Shown piece by piece: positions 7,973 through 16,380 of a stretch of DNA of 64,000 nt (its first letter is position 1; each line of letters begins with the position of its first letter). Source of the stretch: an uncultured Anaerolineaceae bacterium. GTDB lineage: Bacteria > Chloroflexota > Anaerolineae > Anaerolineales > Anaerolineaceae. Below the pieces are notes generated by a model, which saw only the letters and a program-made list of their open reading frames with translations, was not told where the DNA came from and did not search any database. Location of the stretch: contig CAZPIM010000001.1 in assembly GCA_964586385.1 (NCBI GenBank), positions 24,710-88,709 of the forward strand, in the 5' to 3' direction. The translations under genes were made by a program, and so were the position numbers.

Positions 7973-9211
7973 ATGGCAGGACCAGAAAAAATTCGGGTAC
8001 TTATCGTCGATGACATTCAAGAAACCCGCGAAAACATTCGAAGAATGCTTCAATTTGACCCATCTATTGAAATCATCGGAGAAGCAAGGACTGGCAGAGA
8101 AGCAATAGATTTATCACATCAGCTACAACCTGAAGTGGTTGTGATGGATATCAATATGCCGGATATGGATGGGTTAGCGGCGACTGAAGCAATTCGCAAA
8201 CGACTTCCCTATATCCAAATAATTATTCTTTCGGTCCAATATGAATCCAGCTACATGCGTCGGGCAATGCTCGCGGGGGCTCGTGATTTTCTTTCCAAAC
8301 CTCCAATGATCGATGAATTAACCAATGCGATCCGACAAGCTGGAAAATTGGCAATAGAAGAAAAAAGGAAAGCCCAGGTAAATTTTGCCACCCTTGAAGC
8401 TGCCTCCAGCAGTGCAGCCGGTCAACGAATTCTTGGAAAGATTATCGTTGTTTATAGTCCCAAAGGTGGTGTCGGTTGTACCACGATCGCTACAAATGTT
8501 GCTTTAGGACTCCAGTCTGAAACAAGTCCTACTGCATTGGTAGATGCAAGCTTACAATTTGGTGACATTGCTGTGTTCTTAAATGAACAGGGTCGCAATA
8601 CCATTTTGGATTTGGCACCAAGAGCCGATGAACTTGATCCTGAAATTATTGAAGAAGTAATGATCAAACATCCCGGTTCAAAACTCGACATTTTGGCTGC
8701 GCCTCCAAGACCGGAATTTGCAGATGACGTGAATTCGGATCAATTCTCAAAAGTAATCAGGTATTTGCAACGTTTGTATAGTTTTATAATTATCGACACA
8801 ACCTCTTATTTAACAGACGTTGTTCAAGCATGTTTAGATATTGCAAACGTCATCATTCTTGTCGCAACCCAGGATATTCCTTCGATTAAAAGCTCCAATT
8901 TGTTCCTGGGATTATCAGATGCATCCGGCATCAATCGAAAACGCATTCTTTTTGTTGTAAATCGATTTGATAAACGTATCTCCATTTCTGGTGAACGAAT
9001 CGGAGAAAGTCTCCGACAACCAGTTGAAGTAATAATTCCTTTCGAAGATCGCGTGGTGACATCCTCGATCAATCGTGGAACTCCGTTCATTATTGAAAAC
9101 AAGATGGCTCCTATTTCAAGAAGTATTTTTTCAGTAATTGATAAAATAAAATTCAAGTTAGCTGAACAAGATGAAGAAGAAACAGCCACACAGGTATCAA
9201 ATCGTTATTAG
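7973..9211 (+). CDS. cpaE: Response-regulator receiver domain fused to a CpaE/TadZ-type (MinD/ParA-like) pilus ATPase
   Basis: 412 aa. The receiver carries the full CheY-type residue set: D13, D14, D59 (VVVMDINMPDMDG), S87 and K109 (FLSKP). The C-terminal half has a deviant Walker A, SPKGGVGCTTIATN. Confidence 0.85.
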   Translation: MAGPEKIRVLIVDDIQETRENIRRMLQFDPSIEIIGEARTGREAIDLSHQLQPEVVVMDINMPDMDGLAATEAIRKRLPYIQIIILSVQYESSYMRRAMLAGARDFLSKPPMIDELTNAIRQAGKLAIEEKRKAQVNFATLEAASSSAAGQRILGKIIVVYSPKGGVGCTTIATNVALGLQSETSPTALVDASLQFGDIAVFLNEQGRNTILDLAPRADELDPEIIEEVMIKHPGSKLDILAAPPRPEFADDVNSDQFSKVIRYLQRLYSFIIIDTTSYLTDVVQACLDIANVIILVATQDIPSIKSSNLFLGLSDASGINRKRILFVVNRFDKRISISGERIGESLRQPVEVIIPFEDRVVTSSINRGTPFIIENKMAPISRSIFSVIDKIKFKLAEQDEEETATQVSNRY

Positions 9212-9231
9212 AGGTATGGTAAGGGGACCCC

Positions 9232-10638
9232 ATGTCAATTTTAAGAAGAATTCAAGGTGAAGGTCAATCGAATAACAATCAACCTCCAAAGCCAGGTGGT
9301 TCAGATCCATTAAGAAATCCTGCAATTCAGTCACGCCGAATCAACGCGCCTTTAACTTCAAGTGCCAATGACACCTATCAGGATTTAAAAAATCGGGTTC
9401 AAACCAAACTTCTGGGTACTTTGGATCCAAGCATGGATGTCACCCAAACTGCAGATGTCAAAAGAACCATTCAAGAATTATTTGAACAAATATTAAACGA
9501 AGAAAACATCATACTTTCCAGACCTGAACGCGCACGAATGTTTGAACAAATATCTGCAGAAATTTTAGGTTTCGGTCCATTACAGAGATTGTTGGAAGAT
9601 GAAACCATTACAGAAATTATGGTGAATGGAGCAAAGAATATTTATATCGAGCGATTTGGAAAAATCCTTCGAGAGCCTATGGCGTTCGAAAATGATGAAC
9701 ATGTCATGCGCATTATTGAAAGAATTGTTGCTCCTCTTGGTCGTAGAATTGATGAGTCTTCACCGTACGTAGATGCCCGTCTCCCGGATGGCTCCCGTGT
9801 TAACGCGGTTATTCCTCCAATCTCGTTAGTCGGACCTGTTTTGACAATCCGAAAATTTGCCAAGACTCCAATCACTGTGGATAAGCTTGTTGAATTAGGA
9901 TCTATTACTCCAGAGGCGATCTCATTCCTTGACGCATGTGTTAAAGCTAGACTAAATATAGTAATTTCTGGCGGTACTGGTTCAGGGAAGACAACATTAC
10001 TAAACGTATTATCCGGATTTATACCTGCCGATGAGAGAATTGTAACAGTCGAAAATGCAGCGGAATTACAATTAAGACAGGAACATGTTGTTACTTTAGA
10101 ATCTCGCCCTCAAAATATTGAAGGAAAAGGTGAAATTACCATTCGTCAATTGGTTATCAATACATTACGTATGCGTCCGGATCGCATTATCGTAGGTGAA
10201 ATTCGCGATGAGGCTGCACTTGATATGTTGCAAGCTATGAATACCGGTCACGATGGATCAATGACAACAGCTCACTCGAACACGCCGCGTGATACGTTAG
10301 CACGTATGGAAACTATGACATTAATGGCAGGCATGGAATTGCCGGTGCGAGCAATTAGAGAACAGATCTCCTCAGCTATTGATTTAATTGTCCACCAATC
10401 TCGTATGCGTGATGGATCTCGTAAAGTTGTCAATATTACTGATGTCACAGGTATGGAAGGCGATATCATCACGATGACAGATATTTTCATTTTTGAGCAA
10501 GCAGGATTTGAAAACGGCAGAGTTATCGGACGATTACGCCCCACTGGACTTCGTCCCAAGTTCATGGAAAAAATTGAACAGGCAGGTATACATCTTCCCC
10601 CTTCAACATTTGGTATTGGAGACAGACGCCGCTATTAA
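9232..10638 (+). CDS. cpaF: CpaF/TadA secretion ATPase (type II/IV secretion NTPase)
   Basis: 468 aa. Walker A is GGTGSGKTTLLN, Walker B is IIVGEIRD, and the His box is GHDGSMTTAHSN. Confidence 0.95.
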   Translation: MSILRRIQGEGQSNNNQPPKPGGSDPLRNPAIQSRRINAPLTSSANDTYQDLKNRVQTKLLGTLDPSMDVTQTADVKRTIQELFEQILNEENIILSRPERARMFEQISAEILGFGPLQRLLEDETITEIMVNGAKNIYIERFGKILREPMAFENDEHVMRIIERIVAPLGRRIDESSPYVDARLPDGSRVNAVIPPISLVGPVLTIRKFAKTPITVDKLVELGSITPEAISFLDACVKARLNIVISGGTGSGKTTLLNVLSGFIPADERIVTVENAAELQLRQEHVVTLESRPQNIEGKGEITIRQLVINTLRMRPDRIIVGEIRDEAALDMLQAMNTGHDGSMTTAHSNTPRDTLARMETMTLMAGMELPVRAIREQISSAIDLIVHQSRMRDGSRKVVNITDVTGMEGDIITMTDIFIFEQAGFENGRVIGRLRPTGLRPKFMEKIEQAGIHLPPSTFGIGDRRRY

Positions 10639-10659
10639 TAAGGAAAGCAGGCAAAATTT

Positions 10660-11649
10660 ATGGATATCATCCAACTTATTAATGAAATAAATCCCATCGC
10701 AATCATTATTACCGGTGCTTCAGTTGCCTTGGTATTATTGATCATTGGTATAGTCATTACCGTCACTGCAGAACGAAAAACGCTGGAATTAGAACGATTA
10801 GGGCGTTATATTGAAGAAGATGAAATCCTATCAGAAAAAGAACGATCAACACCCCTTACAGATTGGTTGAATCGGCGGGTTGAAAAATCTACCATTGGTG
10901 AAAGGATTTCAAAGGATCTTTCAAGAGCAGATCTTAAGTTTAAACCGGGCGAATTTGTTGCTTTAGTTGTTATTTCTGCATTTGTTGTTGGGTTTGTCCT
11001 TTGGTTTATTGGTGGGCAAGTAATTGTAGTAGGAATAATCGGTGCCATTCTTGGGGCATTATTACCCAGAATGTATGTTAAAAGTCAACAGAAGAAACGA
11101 CTGATAAAGTTTGACCAGCAACTTCCTGATATGTTGAACCTTATGGTAAATGGTTTACGCGCTGGTTTTTCTACTATGCAAGCAATGGAAGCAATATCAA
11201 AAGAATTACCTGCTCCAATCTGTGATGAATTTCGCCGTGTTGTCCAGGAAATGCAACTAGGTATTTCAATGGAGACTGCCCTGGATAATTTATTAGCCAG
11301 AATCCCCAGTGATGATCTAGACCTTACGATCACAGCTATCAACGTTCAAAGGGAAGTTGGTGGTAATCTGGCGGAAATTATGGACACAATTTCGCATACT
11401 ATTCGGGAAAGGATCCGAATTAAAGGTGAAATTCGTGTCTTAACTACGCAAGTAATGTATTCAGGTCGTTTTTTATCAGTCTTACCATTATTTGTTATTG
11501 GCATTTTATATTTATTAAATCGTGACTATATGATGGAGTTCTTCAAACCAGAAAGCGTTCCATGCGGTTACATTGCCCTTGCTGTGGCCGCATTATTAAT
11601 TTTCTTTGGCTACATCACCATGAACAAATTGGGTGACATTGAAGTCTAA
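10660..11649 (+). CDS. tadB: TadB-type (GspF-like) pilus platform membrane protein
   Basis: 329 aa, polytopic. The T2SS-F-like region reads QLPDMLNLMVNGLRAGFSTMQAM. It sits directly after cpaF. Confidence 0.85.
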   Translation: MDIIQLINEINPIAIIITGASVALVLLIIGIVITVTAERKTLELERLGRYIEEDEILSEKERSTPLTDWLNRRVEKSTIGERISKDLSRADLKFKPGEFVALVVISAFVVGFVLWFIGGQVIVVGIIGAILGALLPRMYVKSQQKKRLIKFDQQLPDMLNLMVNGLRAGFSTMQAMEAISKELPAPICDEFRRVVQEMQLGISMETALDNLLARIPSDDLDLTITAINVQREVGGNLAEIMDTISHTIRERIRIKGEIRVLTTQVMYSGRFLSVLPLFVIGILYLLNRDYMMEFFKPESVPCGYIALAVAALLIFFGYITMNKLGDIEV

Positions 11650-11669
11650 GAAAAAAGGAGAGTGAAAGA

Positions 11670-12620
11670 ATGGTCATTATTATCATCATCGTCGCAGCAG
11701 TACTTCTGGGAGCAATTTTCTTAACCATCATTGGGTTGAGGAATCCAACTGGAGCGGATGATCGCATTCTAGATGCACGTCTTGAGGAATTAAGTCAATC
11801 TGGCGAGCCTGTGACTTTACGTAAATTGGAATTGTCGCAGCCATTTCAAGATCGTGTAATCTTTCCCGTAGCTCAAAAATTTGGGGAAATTGCCATTCGA
11901 TTCACACCACAAAATGCCAGGCAATCAATTGCAAGAAAGTTAGAGCTGGCTGGATCTTCTTCTAAAATTGATCCAACAATCATTTTATTCCTGCAATTTT
12001 TAGGCATGCTTTTCTTTGGTGGCGTCGTTATGTTCGTTCTGTCCATTGGATCACTTGGTTGGCCTTTAGGCAGAAAATTATTAGTTGGTTTATTATTTGG
12101 ATTAATTGGATTTTATTTTCCACAGTTATTGCTCTCTTCACAGATATCCCGGCGTCAAAAGGAAATCAGGAAAGCAATGCCGGATGCACTTGACTTATTA
12201 ACAATTTGCGTTGAAGCTGGATTGGGTTTCGACGCTGCAATGGCAAAAGTAAGTGAAAAATGGGAAACGCAGCTTTCAATGGCATTTGCACGCGTGATTC
12301 AAGAAATCCAATTAGGTAAAGTTCGCAAAGAAGCATTAAGAGATATGGCTGATAGAATTGGCATTTCTGAGATGACGAGCTTTGTTGCAGCTGTTATTCA
12401 AAGTGAACAATTAGGTGTTAGTTTATCCAAAGTATTAAGAATTCAAGCAGATCAGATGCGTATACGTCGCCGCCAATTAGCCGAAGAGGAAGCACATAAA
12501 GCACCAATTAAGATGTTAATTCCTATGGCTGGATTAATTTTTCCATCATTGATGATTGTATTGCTGACACCTGCTGGATTGCGTCTGTTCAGATCCGCAC
12601 TAGGCGATATGTTTAATTAG
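11670..12620 (+). CDS. tadC: TadC-type (GspF-like) pilus platform membrane protein
   Basis: 316 aa, polytopic. It contains AMPDALDLLTICVEAGLGFDAAM and appears to be a paralogue of the preceding gene. Confidence 0.85.
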   Translation: MVIIIIIVAAVLLGAIFLTIIGLRNPTGADDRILDARLEELSQSGEPVTLRKLELSQPFQDRVIFPVAQKFGEIAIRFTPQNARQSIARKLELAGSSSKIDPTIILFLQFLGMLFFGGVVMFVLSIGSLGWPLGRKLLVGLLFGLIGFYFPQLLLSSQISRRQKEIRKAMPDALDLLTICVEAGLGFDAAMAKVSEKWETQLSMAFARVIQEIQLGKVRKEALRDMADRIGISEMTSFVAAVIQSEQLGVSLSKVLRIQADQMRIRRRQLAEEEAHKAPIKMLIPMAGLIFPSLMIVLLTPAGLRLFRSALGDMFN

Positions 12621-12639
12621 ATCCTTTTTTGGTGAAAAT

Positions 12640-13425
12640 ATGACATTTCGGGGTACTAATATCCACCCCAAGCCTTTACGAATTTATCAAATAATATGGA
12701 ATTTGATTGATTTAATCTTTCCTCCACATTGTTCAGGATGTGATGTTTTAGGTTATCGCTGGTGTAAAGATTGCGAGTCACAGGTTAAGAAAATATCGCC
12801 CCCATTTTGTCTTAAATGTGGATCCCCGGAGAAATCTTCGAATTTTGCGAAAGATCATTGCATTGATCTGCTACAATCAATCGATTTTATCCGGTCTTAC
12901 GCAATTTATGAACCTCCCCTTTCCAGTGCAATAAAGAAATTAAAGTATCAAAACGATATTGGTATAGCACAAGTGCTGGCATTTTATTTGGTGGAATTGT
13001 ACAATGATTTAAATCTGAATATTGATTATGTCATCCCGGTTCCATTAGGAAAGAATAGAATTAAAGAACGTGGTTACAATCAAGCATCCCTAATCGCCAA
13101 ACCTTTTTCTTTGGCCATAGGACGTCCAATGAAAACACAGGCGCTTTTCCGGAATAAAGAGACTAAATCCCAAGTTGGTTTATCAAGGGAAGAACGCTCC
13201 GAAAATGTATCAGGTGCATTTACTGTCGATAATTCCAATCTACTTGGAAAGAATATTATTTTAATTGATGATGTAACCACAACCGGATCAACCTTAGAAG
13301 CCTGTGCAAGAGAATTGAAAAATAAAGGAGCAAAAAATATAGTAGGATTAACAATTGCAAGGGCAGTAAATACAAAATATGGTTTCAGTGACTTTGTATC
13401 AAATCAGGAAATTACCAAAACCTAA
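12640..13425 (+). CDS. comF: ComF family protein (ComFC-like phosphoribosyltransferase with an N-terminal double zinc ribbon)
   Basis: 261 aa. The N-terminus has CSGC...CKDC...CLKCG, and the PRT motif is IILIDDVTTTGSTL. Confidence 0.85.
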   Translation: MTFRGTNIHPKPLRIYQIIWNLIDLIFPPHCSGCDVLGYRWCKDCESQVKKISPPFCLKCGSPEKSSNFAKDHCIDLLQSIDFIRSYAIYEPPLSSAIKKLKYQNDIGIAQVLAFYLVELYNDLNLNIDYVIPVPLGKNRIKERGYNQASLIAKPFSLAIGRPMKTQALFRNKETKSQVGLSREERSENVSGAFTVDNSNLLGKNIILIDDVTTTGSTLEACARELKNKGAKNIVGLTIARAVNTKYGFSDFVSNQEITKT

Positions 13426-13441
13426 TTCCTAGGAGGATAAA

Positions 13442-14005
13442 ATGGCGATCAAAGTTGATATCTTTGCAAAAAATTTAAAAGTTACAGAGCGAATTGAAGA
13501 TTATTTAAATAAGAAAATAACGAAACTTTATCGATATTTAAATGATATTGAAGAAACCCGGGTCGATCTATCGTACCTCAAATCCGCTCGCAGCGCATCT
13601 GATAGGCAAGTAGCTCAGATCACTATCAGAGGGCGTGGATATATCCTAAGAACTGAAGAAAGAGCAGAAGATATTTTTGCAGCAATAGATGAAGCGATCG
13701 AAAAAATGCAACGCCAAATTGCCAGGTTAAAAGGGAAACGTGATAAAGGCCGCGGTGATGGTACGCCTCTTTCTGAATTAGCATCTGAATTACCAGAACC
13801 TATCGATATGGAAGATGCACCTGAAATCGCTCGAAGGAAAACATTCACTCTTATCCCGATGGATGAGTTGGAAGCAATTGAGCAAATGAAATTATTGGGC
13901 CATGAGAATTTCTTTGTTTTTTATGATATGAATTCTGAAAGCGTAAATGTTTTATACCGAAGACGAGATGGTGGCTACGGTATAATTGAACCCAAATTAG
14001 GATAA
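13442..14005 (+). CDS. hpf: Ribosome hibernation-promoting factor, long form
   Basis: 187 aa. It has an N-terminal sigma-54-modulation/RaiA fold and the C-terminal dimerisation domain typical of long HPF (FFVFYDMNSESVNVLYRRRDGGYGIIEP). An AGGAGG RBS is present. Confidence 0.9.
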   Translation: MAIKVDIFAKNLKVTERIEDYLNKKITKLYRYLNDIEETRVDLSYLKSARSASDRQVAQITIRGRGYILRTEERAEDIFAAIDEAIEKMQRQIARLKGKRDKGRGDGTPLSELASELPEPIDMEDAPEIARRKTFTLIPMDELEAIEQMKLLGHENFFVFYDMNSESVNVLYRRRDGGYGIIEPKLG

Positions 14006-14023
14006 AAATAATTGTAAACGTAT

Positions 14024-14058
14024 AAAGGATGTTCGAAATTTGCGAACATCCTTTTTTT
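14024..14058 (+). terminator. Intrinsic terminator after hpf
   Basis: AAAGGATGTTCG (14024-14035) pairs with CGAACATCCTTT (14043-14054), followed by a T-run. Confidence 0.8.
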
Positions 14059-14077
14059 ATACTTCCTGTCTTCTACC

Positions 14078-14106
14078 TTGCAACCTATATCTCGATAGAC
14101 TATAAT
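14078..14106 (+). promoter_or_regulatory. Sigma-70-type promoter candidate for efp
   Basis: TTGCAA (14078-14083), a 17-nt spacer, then TATAAT (14101-14106). Confidence 0.5.
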
Positions 14107-14140
14107 TCACCTGTTAAATTTCGTATAAGAAGGTGTATGG

Positions 14141-14701
14141 ATGATTGATGTAAATGAATTACGTAAAGGTGTTACTTTTGAATATGATGGAAATTTATTC
14201 AAAGTTATCGAGTATAGCCATAACAAACCCGGGCGTGGTGGAGCGACAATTCGCATTAAAGCCCGCAATTTGATTTCGGGTTCTAATATTGAAAAAACTT
14301 TCAATTCCGGCGAAAGAGTTCAAAATGTTCGCCTCGATTATCACAATGCACAATATTTATATTCGGATTCAGATTTTTATTATTTTATGGATAATGAAAA
14401 TTTCGAACAATATCCATTGAAAAGTGATATTTTAGGAGAGTCCGTTAACTTCTTAAAAGAAAACATGGATGTAAAAATCACATTTTACAATTCTTTAGCA
14501 ATTGATATTGAATTACCGATGTCTGTAGAATTAAAAGTCACCTGGGCAGAATTGGCCATTCGTGGAGATACAGCCTCTGCACAAACTAAAAAAGTTAAAG
14601 TTGAGACTGGTGCAGAAGTACATACACCATATTTTATTGAGACTGGTGATATTATTCGGGTTGACACGCGTACCGGGGAATATTTAACCAGGGTTTCTTA
14701 A
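14141..14701 (+). CDS. efp: Elongation factor P
   Basis: 186 aa. KPGRGGATIRIK aligns with the KPGKG loop of other EF-Ps, and the C-terminus reads GDIIRVDTRTGEYLTRV. The tip residue is Arg32 (CGT at 14234-14236). Confidence 0.95.
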   Translation: MIDVNELRKGVTFEYDGNLFKVIEYSHNKPGRGGATIRIKARNLISGSNIEKTFNSGERVQNVRLDYHNAQYLYSDSDFYYFMDNENFEQYPLKSDILGESVNFLKENMDVKITFYNSLAIDIELPMSVELKVTWAELAIRGDTASAQTKKVKVETGAEVHTPYFIETGDIIRVDTRTGEYLTRVS

Positions 14702-14706
14702 GAATT

Positions 14707-15039
14707 ATGCAAACTCCATTTGGTAAAGAATGTCGCTATTTTTACGGAGATTATTTCCGTGGGAAAAATCATGAAGAATGCCGCCTTCTTGACTCAACGA
14801 CATCTTCACATAAATGGACTTCCAAATTATGTAAGACCTGCCCTGTACCCGGCATTATTCTGGCTAACGCATGTCAATCCATGGTTTTGAAGGGATATGT
14901 TTCTGCAGGATTGTTAGGTATTGGAAAATCAATGAAGTTAACAGCCTTTTGTGAAAAATCTAAAAGTCAGGTAAATGAACCACAAATTGGATGCGGACTT
15001 TGTCATCCTATTTCTGACATTTTTGTGCCTAAAGAATGA
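14707..15039 (+). CDS. Hypothetical Cys-rich protein (8 Cys, two CxxC pairs)
   Basis: 110 aa. It begins 5 nt after the efp stop and overlaps the next gene by ATGA. CKTC and CGLC pairs suggest metal binding. There is no obvious RBS, so the call rests on operon position and the intact ORF. Confidence 0.5.
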   Translation: MQTPFGKECRYFYGDYFRGKNHEECRLLDSTTSSHKWTSKLCKTCPVPGIILANACQSMVLKGYVSAGLLGIGKSMKLTAFCEKSKSQVNEPQIGCGLCHPISDIFVPKE

Positions 15040-16259
15040 AGTTTACTGTACTGTTTGATTTAGATGGTACTTTATTACAGAATTTGGATTCTGTTTTTAT
15101 ACCTGCGTATATCGATTTGTTAGGAAATTATTTAGGCAAAGAAATTCCAAGCCAGAAAATTCAAATAGCTGTCCTTAAAGCTACACAATTCATGGAAGCT
15201 AATAATGATCCTAGCAAAACTCTTGAAGAATGTTTTGATGATTATTTTTATCCAAAGATTGGTTTATTAAAAAGCAATCTACAGGTAGAAATTGACCAGT
15301 TTTATCAGGAATTTTTTCCCTCTCTACGAGTTTATACAAGTGAATTGGATGAAGCCAAGTCATTGACAAATAAATTAATCGAAAAGGGAACCGATTTAGT
15401 TATCGCCACCAATCCGTTATTTCCAAGGGTTGCAATTACCCAAAGAATCCAATGGGCGAATTTACGACCTCAGATCGAAGATTATTCATTAATTACAAGT
15501 TATGAAAATTTCCATTTTGCAAAACCAAATCCAGCCTATTACGCCGAAATTCTTGCAAATCTTGGCTGGCCCGAAGGACCAGTGGTCATGGTCGGAAATG
15601 ATTGGATGAGGGACATAGAACCAGCTGAAAAAATTGGCATTCCCACTTTCTTTTTGGCGGAAGGAAACGAAAATTCTCTAAAATCTATTAATCCAAAGAG
15701 CTCGCAAGGTAGTTGGTACGATCTCGAACGCTGGATAGAAGAAATGATTCTGAATGGAAGTTCCATTGAACCTGAAAATTCCATTGAAGCATATATAGCA
15801 ATCCTTACATCAACTGCCGCAATAATTGACAATCTATTTAGGATTTCTAATAAGATCTCGTACTGGAACATTCGTCCTATCCCAACCGAATGGAGCTTAG
15901 TAGAAATCATTAACCATCTAGCTGATGTTGATGCGGAAGTTAACTTGCCTCGAATAAATCTAATCCAGGATGAAAATATTCCATTTTTCCCGGCAATTTC
16001 AACCGATGAATGGGCAAATGAACGAAATTACATACTAAATAACCCAATTGAAGAAATGGAGCGATTTCTTCAAAATCGGAAAATTTTAATCAATATTCTG
16101 TCTTCATTGCCAAACCAATATTTGGAAAAACAAGTCAACCACGCTATTTTCGGACCAACAAAAGTTCTGGAAATTATTAAATTTATTACACAGCATGATC
16201 GCATTCATATTAACCAAATTCACAACACGGTTTCACTATTAAATTCAAAAATAAGCTAA
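15036..16259 (+). CDS. HAD-superfamily hydrolase fused to a DinB/YfiT-like domain
   Basis: 407 aa. HAD motif I is LFDLDGTLL, and later motifs include VIATNP and VGNDWMRD. The C-terminal region (LVEIINHLADVDAEV ... QHDRIHINQI) resembles the DinB four-helix metal-binding fold. Confidence 0.7.
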   Translation: MKFTVLFDLDGTLLQNLDSVFIPAYIDLLGNYLGKEIPSQKIQIAVLKATQFMEANNDPSKTLEECFDDYFYPKIGLLKSNLQVEIDQFYQEFFPSLRVYTSELDEAKSLTNKLIEKGTDLVIATNPLFPRVAITQRIQWANLRPQIEDYSLITSYENFHFAKPNPAYYAEILANLGWPEGPVVMVGNDWMRDIEPAEKIGIPTFFLAEGNENSLKSINPKSSQGSWYDLERWIEEMILNGSSIEPENSIEAYIAILTSTAAIIDNLFRISNKISYWNIRPIPTEWSLVEIINHLADVDAEVNLPRINLIQDENIPFFPAISTDEWANERNYILNNPIEEMERFLQNRKILINILSSLPNQYLEKQVNHAIFGPTKVLEIIKFITQHDRIHINQIHNTVSLLNSKIS

Positions 16260-16325
16260 CTTTATAAGAGTTTTATTAGATTCGAGATTATCGTTATCCA
16301 AAATCTAGTCCACCTTTATATAGAT

Positions 16326-16334
16326 TGGTATAAT
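16326..16334 (+). promoter_or_regulatory. Extended -10 promoter element upstream of ftsH
   Basis: TGgTATAAT at 16326-16334. No good -35 element is present. Confidence 0.35.
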
Positions 16335-16380
16335 TCCTAAAAATTATCAAATATTTGACTTTCCGTGATGGGAGGCATCA

